Origin: an uncultured Nitrososphaerota archaeon
GTDB taxonomy: Archaea; Thermoproteota; Nitrososphaeria; Nitrososphaerales; Nitrosopumilaceae
Length of the DNA stretch: 64,000 nucleotides
Direction of reading: 5' to 3'
Assembly (NCBI GenBank): GCA_963701075.1
Contig: OY969559.1
Coordinates: forward strand, 224,001 to 288,000
Translations under genes and position numbers: made by a program
The notes under the pieces: model-generated
Database searches by the model: none
What the model was told of the DNA's origin: nothing
The model's input: only the letters and a program-made list of their open reading frames with translations
In this document: piece by piece, positions 59,007 through 64,000 of the stretch
Position numbering within the stretch: the first letter of the stretch is position 1
How the letters are laid out: each line of letters begins with the position of its first letter

Positions 59007-62000
59007 TTATTGCGACAATAATGTCACAGGTAAACTATCGATAGCCCTATACTTTATCTTCAGATATACGTCGTCCATGGCATGTGCTTGCGGTAAGAGG
59101 CCTTGCTGCGAATCAATTCCTACTTTCCAATTACCAAGTATTGGATCTACTGATGTTATAGAGAATCTCTCAAGCGGGCTATCTGGTCCAGAGTATCTGA
59201 CTCGGTATATCTGGTCTCCTATGGTTACTGACTTGAAGTTGCCTGCAAGCCCAAGGGTAGAGTTTGTTACAAGACAGTCACTTGAGCCACCAATGACACA
59301 TACTCCGTCAGGTGCAATGACATTATATTGCATAGTTCCTTCGTTATTAAATGAAGAATACAGCACTAATGGTTGTGCTATAGTGTTGTTGCTTTCATTT
59401 AGCATATCTATGCTTGATAATTGTGAAAGGGCAATTGTCTGGACTGATGGGAATATGATTATTGAGGATGCCGATGTCTCAAATGACTTGTCGTAAAAGT
59501 TGGCAATTGCCTGTACATTATAGTCATCTAATTTTCCAGTTGAGGGAGCCTTCCATTCCAAGTTTACAGCTGTCTGTCCTGTTCCAAATACCTGTGGGGG
59601 AGACGTATAGGTGACATTTCCATCAACAATTAGAGATACTGAACCGTAGATATGCCCTGTGCTGTTATTAGTAAAGTATGCGGTTTGGATTCCCATCGTT
59701 CCCTCTGCTCTTGTAGGACTGATATCCATCTCAAGATTGCCTGAAATGTCATATTGTGGCTTGACACCAATTGTATACTGGCCAGAATCAGTTGTCTTGC
59801 CTGCATTGTTTTGAGCATCTATCCAGTATGTTATAGCTGGGGCCTGCATCATACTTTCTGGAATTATTCCCGAAACAGCATATGTAGTGTTTGAGATCTG
59901 CAATGGTGTTACACCCATGTTTATTACAGAATATCCAGTGGTAGAGTTTCCTATTGGGACAAACCTGAGCTCCACTTGACTGAGTGGTGTCGGACTGTTA
60001 ATTATGGCAGATACTGTTACTGGTTGGGAGTTTGTAAACTGGTTTTCTTCAGATGGAGTAATTATACCGTTTCCTATCTGGGATTTGACATTAAATATTT
60101 CAGGTGCACCTGGTGGGATTTGTTCTGCAGATGTTGCACCTGTGTTTTCATAATTGATGTTTCCTTCACATCCTGAGACATTTACTGTCTCTCCTACTGA
60201 GAAGACATTGTTATCTGCTGCCTGTAATGCCACTACCTCAAATGATGTTTCTTTTGGATCAACTTGTGCAACATAGACTAGCTTCTGGATAGTAGAGTTT
60301 TGGTTCTCTTGTGCAAATGGTTGCACCTGAGCTAGTGTTGCTTGAACTGTTCCTGTTAGAGATGTGCGCAATATGACTGTGGGGGTGCTGACAGAATATT
60401 CTACAAGCATACTTACGGTATCATTCTGGCATAGGTTATAGGAGACTGAATCGATCTTAAGTTCTGGTGCAAGTACACCTCCAAATGTGCTACTGGATTC
60501 ACCTGAAGATGATACACCAGCTCCTACACCACCAACTCCTACACCACCAACTCCTACAGCTCCTGCACCACCTCCACCGGTGGATACACTAGGTGATGGA
60601 CTTGGCGATACACTACCTGAGCTCCATGTTGCAAATCCAGTAAAGTGCTTTGTCCAGATGTGCAAGTCCGAGCCTACGTTAATCTTACAGTCTCCTCCTG
60701 CTGGCAAGTTGTTGTTTGTTGCCTGTGTATCATCAGTACATGTTGTTGTAATCTCTGTGACTGAGGATGGAGAGTAATAGTAACCAATGTGCTCTCCTGC
60801 CTGACCGAACAATACCAACTGTACCGCATTGTTAAATGTCATCGGAATGCTTGATCCCATCTCTAGCACAGTTTTTACCGTACTGGTTTGTCCTGATGGC
60901 GTAGGTATTACCAGATTCTGTCCGGTTTGTACTGTTGGCAGATCAAGTACGCCATTCCATGATGTTCCTGACATGGCTGTATTTGCTGGAATTGTTACTT
61001 GAACAATGGGATTTTCAGTATCAATAGAATATTTTGTTATGTCAAGAGGATTTGAGATCTGGACGGTATTGGTATTGTCAATTGTTGTATATATTGAAGA
61101 ATAGTTAATCGACGGTGTAGTTACATTGGCTGGAATTGTGACAGTAGAGAGGGCTGCAGTGGGGCTAATCACCACCAGTTGTGGTCGTGATGGATTGACT
61201 GTAATTTGTGTTTGAGTATTGCCAACTAATTGTTGGGTCGGAGTAAGACCCGTGGCAAAAGTATCTGAAAGGCTCATCGATTCTGTGGCAAGTGTAACTG
61301 ACTGGTGGTGGAATGCTGTTACTGTATCGGTGGTGCCCACTGATTCTGTAAGCGGGACTGTGTGTATCTGTGATACTGTAACTGGGTTGTCGGTGGTGCC
61401 TACTGACTCTATGGTAAGTGGAACTGACTGACCATGGGATGTTGTTACTTGGTTGTCGGTAGTACCTACTGACTCGGCGCTAAGTGTAACTGACTGGGGG
61501 TGGAATGCTGTTACTGTATCGGTGGTGCCCACTGATTCTGTAAGCGGGACTGTGTGTTGAGCAACTGCAGATACGGTGTTGTCGGTGGTGCCTACTGACT
61601 CGGTGCTAAGTGTAACTGACTGGGATACTACGACTGTATCAGAAGTGCCCACTGACTCGGTGCTAAGTGTAACTGACTGGTGGTGGGATGTTGTTACTGT
61701 ATCGGTGGTGCCCACTGACTCGGTGCTAAGTGTAACTGTGTGTTGAGCAACTGCAGATACGGTGTTGTCGGTAGTACCCACTGACTCGGTGCTAAGTGTA
61801 ACTGATCTAGATACTGCGACTGTATCAGAAGTGCCCACTGACTCGGTGCTAAGTGTAACTGACTGGTGGTGGGATGTTGTTACTGTATCGGTGGTGCCCA
61901 CTGACTCGGTGCTAAGTGTAGTTGTGTGTTGAGCGACTGCAGAGACGGTGTTGTCGGTAGTACCTACTGACTCGGTGCTAAGTGTAACTGACTGGGATAC

Positions 62001-64000
62001 TACGACTGTATCAGAAGTGCCCACTGACTCGGTGCTAAGTGTAACTGACTGACCATGGGATGTTGTTACTGTATCGGTGGTGCCCACTGACTCGGTGCTA
62101 AGTGTAGTTGTGTGTTGAGCGACTGCAGAGACGGTGTTGTCGGTAGTACCTACTGACTCGGTGCTAAGTGTAACTGACTGGCTGTAGGATGTTGTTACTT
62201 GGTTGTCGGTAGTACCCACTGACTCGGTGCTAAGTGTAACTGACTGGCTGTGGGATGTTGTTACTTGGTTGTCGGTAGTACCCACTGACTCGGTGCTAAG
62301 TGTAACTGACTGGTGGTGGAATGCTGTTACTGTATCGGTGGTGCCCACTGACTCGGTGCTAAGTGTAACTGTGTGATGAGCAACTGCAGATACGGTGTTG
62401 TCTGTAAGACTAACGTTTTCTGTAAATCCCACATCATCCGGATAGAATTTTGAGACTCTGTTGTTGCCAGCATCTGCCACATAGATGCCATTGTTGCTAT
62501 CTATTCCTATACCCATTGGTCCGTCAAACTCGCTACCAGCAGTTCCAGTAGATCCAAATGTTTCAAGGAATGTTCCTGATGGACTGAACTTTTCTATTCT
62601 ATCGTTTTGTGTGTCTGCAACATAGGGGTTGTTAAAGCCGTCAATTGCAATTCCAATAGGACTATTGAATTGACCATTGCCATTTCCTGCTGTACCAAAC
62701 GATGAGGAATAGGTACCAGATGGGTTGAATATCTCTACCCTATTGTTTCCAGTATCGGTGACATAGACCCAACCAGTACTGTTAACTGCCACACCCATAG
62801 GACCTGTAAATTGCCCATTGCCAGTTCCAGTTCCGCTACCAAATGTTGTCTCTAGCGTTCCTGAAGAACTAAACTCTTTTACAAGGTCATCTCCGGTGTC
62901 TGCTACGTAGATATTGCCAGAACTATCCACTGTAACTCCTGTAGGACTGTCAAGTGTACTGGAACCAAATGAGCCTTGAGAACTTCCTGAAGATGAGTAT
63001 TCGTTAATTACGTTATCGTTAGTGTCTGCAACATATACCACGCCGGTATTACTATTGGCTGCCACTCCGAATGCAGCAGTAGATGTAACGTTGAAGGTTG
63101 GTGTGCCACCGCTTGACGGTATTTTAGAAGCATAGTCCAGTGCAGAACCAATGTTAAAGTTACCACTACTATCAATGAACACGCTAAGTGGGGTGTCTAC
63201 TGCGATCTGTCCTATGAATGCGTTGTTGTTTGCATATGCGGTAGAGTTTCCAAACTGGAACATCAGATGATGATGCGCGAAAGTCATGACATGCGAGATC
63301 TCAAAGCCAGTCTCATTGCTTGAGTAATTGTGGTAAATTATCGAGTTACCCTCTATCGTCGGGCTAAGCACAGTGGTTCCATTGTTTAGTTGTAGGAATT
63401 TAAGGTCTGCAGGAGGAGCAGTACCAAAGTTTGTTCCATTAATTGACGTAATGTTCAGGTCTGCAGTGCCTGTGGTGTTAAAGTATACTGTCCAGTTGCC
63501 TCCCACTGCAGGATATGACTGGACATTGATCACCTCTATTTGTGCAGTTATTTGGAATTGCTGTTGTGAGAGATGCGGCACAGTCCACTGTATCTGATCG
63601 GGAATTCCATCGCCGTTTGTATCAACTAGTTTCACTGCAAATCTAGCATCATTGGTAACATCAACACTTGAACCATTAACTAGCCAGTTTAGTTTGAAAT
63701 GGGCACCCTCCTTGACTAGATCTTCAGGTATATTGGAAAATGCTGTTACATTTGTGTAGTGTAAGGTAGAGTTGTGTGCAACCCAGACTAGCTTGTCATA
63801 TTTTGATGCGATAGACAAATCCTTCTCTATAGTAAATGGAGCAGGTGTTACGTAGGCAATATCGTACTTGCTTGCAGATTCGTTGATAAATAGTAACTTG
63901 GTTGGCTTGTTAGTCTGTAATATCTTCGGAATCTGGCCTAGTGATACTAATGGCGCAGATAGATTGCCGCCAAAAGACAGGGTACGCAGACCATGCGGGT
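59007..64000 (-). CDS. Large cell-surface protein with NHL beta-propeller and Thr/Ser-rich repeats (5'-truncated by window edge)
   Basis: NHL repeats (GVAVNS..VYVADT.NNRV); frame open beyond 63818. Confidence 0.88.
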   Translation of the reverse strand, partial: PHGLRTLSFGGNLSAPLVSLGQIPKILQTNKPTKLLFINESASKYDIAYVTPAPFTIEKDLSIASKYDKLVWVAHNSTLHYTNVTAFSNIPEDLVKEGAHFKLNWLVNGSSVDVTNDARFAVKLVDTNGDGIPDQIQWTVPHLSQQQFQITAQIEVINVQSYPAVGGNWTVYFNTTGTADLNITSINGTNFGTAPPADLKFLQLNNGTTVLSPTIEGNSIIYHNYSSNETGFEISHVMTFAHHHLMFQFGNSTAYANNNAFIGQIAVDTPLSVFIDSSGNFNIGSALDYASKIPSSGGTPTFNVTSTAAFGVAANSNTGVVYVADTNDNVINEYSSSGSSQGSFGSSTLDSPTGVTVDSSGNIYVADTGDDLVKEFSSSGTLETTFGSGTGTGNGQFTGPMGVAVNSTGWVYVTDTGNNRVEIFNPSGTYSSSFGTAGNGNGQFNSPIGIAIDGFNNPYVADTQNDRIEKFSPSGTFLETFGSTGTAGSEFDGPMGIGIDSNNGIYVADAGNNRVSKFYPDDVGFTENVSLTDNTVSAVAHHTVTLSTESVGTTDTVTAFHHQSVTLSTESVGTTDNQVTTSHSQSVTLSTESVGTTDNQVTTSYSQSVTLSTESVGTTDNTVSAVAQHTTTLSTESVGTTDTVTTSHGQSVTLSTESVGTSDTVVVSQSVTLSTESVGTTDNTVSAVAQHTTTLSTESVGTTDTVTTSHHQSVTLSTESVGTSDTVAVSRSVTLSTESVGTTDNTVSAVAQHTVTLSTESVGTTDTVTTSHHQSVTLSTESVGTSDTVVVSQSVTLSTESVGTTDNTVSAVAQHTVPLTESVGTTDTVTAFHPQSVTLSAESVGTTDNQVTTSHGQSVPLTIESVGTTDNPVTVSQIHTVPLTESVGTTDTVTAFHHQSVTLATESMSLSDTFATGLTPTQQLVGNTQTQITVNPSRPQLVVISPTAALSTVTIPANVTTPSINYSSIYTTIDNTNTVQISNPLDITKYSIDTENPIVQVTIPANTAMSGTSWNGVLDLPTVQTGQNLVIPTPSGQTSTVKTVLEMGSSIPMTFNNAVQLVLFGQAGEHIGYYYSPSSVTEITTTCTDDTQATNNNLPAGGDCKINVGSDLHIWTKHFTGFATWSSGSVSPSPSPSVSTGGGGAGAVGVGGVGVGGVGAGVSSSGESSSTFGGVLAPELKIDSVSYNLCQNDTVSMLVEYSVSTPTVILRTSLTGTVQATLAQVQPFAQENQNSTIQKLVYVAQVDPKETSFEVVALQAADNNVFSVGETVNVSGCEGNINYENTGATSAEQIPPGAPEIFNVKSQIGNGIITPSEENQFTNSQPVTVSAIINSPTPLSQVELRFVPIGNSTTGYSVINMGVTPLQISNTTYAVSGIIPESMMQAPAITYWIDAQNNAGKTTDSGQYTIGVKPQYDISGNLEMDISPTRAEGTMGIQTAYFTNNSTGHIYGSVSLIVDGNVTYTSPPQVFGTGQTAVNLEWKAPSTGKLDDYNVQAIANFYDKSFETSASSIIIFPSVQTIALSQLSSIDMLNESNNTIAQPLVLYSSFNNEGTMQYNVIAPDGVCVIGGSSDCLVTNSTLGLAGNFKSVTIGDQIYRVRYSGPDSPLERFSITSVDPILGNWKVGIDSQQGLLPQAHAMDDVYLKIKYRAIDSLPVTLLSQ
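61270..62405 (-). repeat. Coding tandem repeat, about 18 units of 57-66 nt
   Basis: T(T/S)D..V...H.QSVTLSTESVG units; DNA core CACTGACTCGGTGCTAAGTGTA. Confidence 0.92.

Noticed and set aside
61270-62405. CRISPR-like pattern of a ~25-nt conserved core with variable spacers
   Set aside because: Unit lengths are multiples of 3, the spacers repeat, the array lies within one long ORF, and no cas genes are present.

Overview
This window is from an ammonia-oxidising archaeon (Thaumarchaeota/Nitrososphaeria, probably Nitrosotalea-like). The assignment is inferred from gene content: cbiD/G/X/C/A plus cobO, bacterial-type MetK, AglB, aIF2 alpha/gamma, PriS/L and UPF0182. Positions ~1-25,200 are accessory: surface-glycosylation genes interleaved with an orphan terminase pair, a probable cdc6 remnant, at least nine toxin-antitoxin-like modules, a TnpB element, tRNA-Gln and a two-RHH divergon. 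Positions ~25,200-58,700 are mostly core genes, with a second TnpB. The window ends in a large NHL/Thr-rich repeat surface protein. Main discoveries: (1) a TnpB-only element (19783-21058) bounded by 22-bp IS6-like terminal inverted repeats and a perfect 8-bp target-site duplication, an architecture not expected for IS200/IS605 or IS607, with related ends at the second TnpB and as solo copies in the TA island; (2) three diverged copies of one gene's 3' end, each followed by a different TA module, suggesting serial cassette accretion; (3) a divergent winged-helix gene pair present three times; (4) a two-RHH divergon with three palindromic operators; (5) a long-variable-arm tRNA with a GAA anticodon and G73. 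Many essential genes carry single frameshifts, so the assembly probably has indel errors and all pseudogene calls are tentative. All calls come from reading the sequence; no database searches were run.
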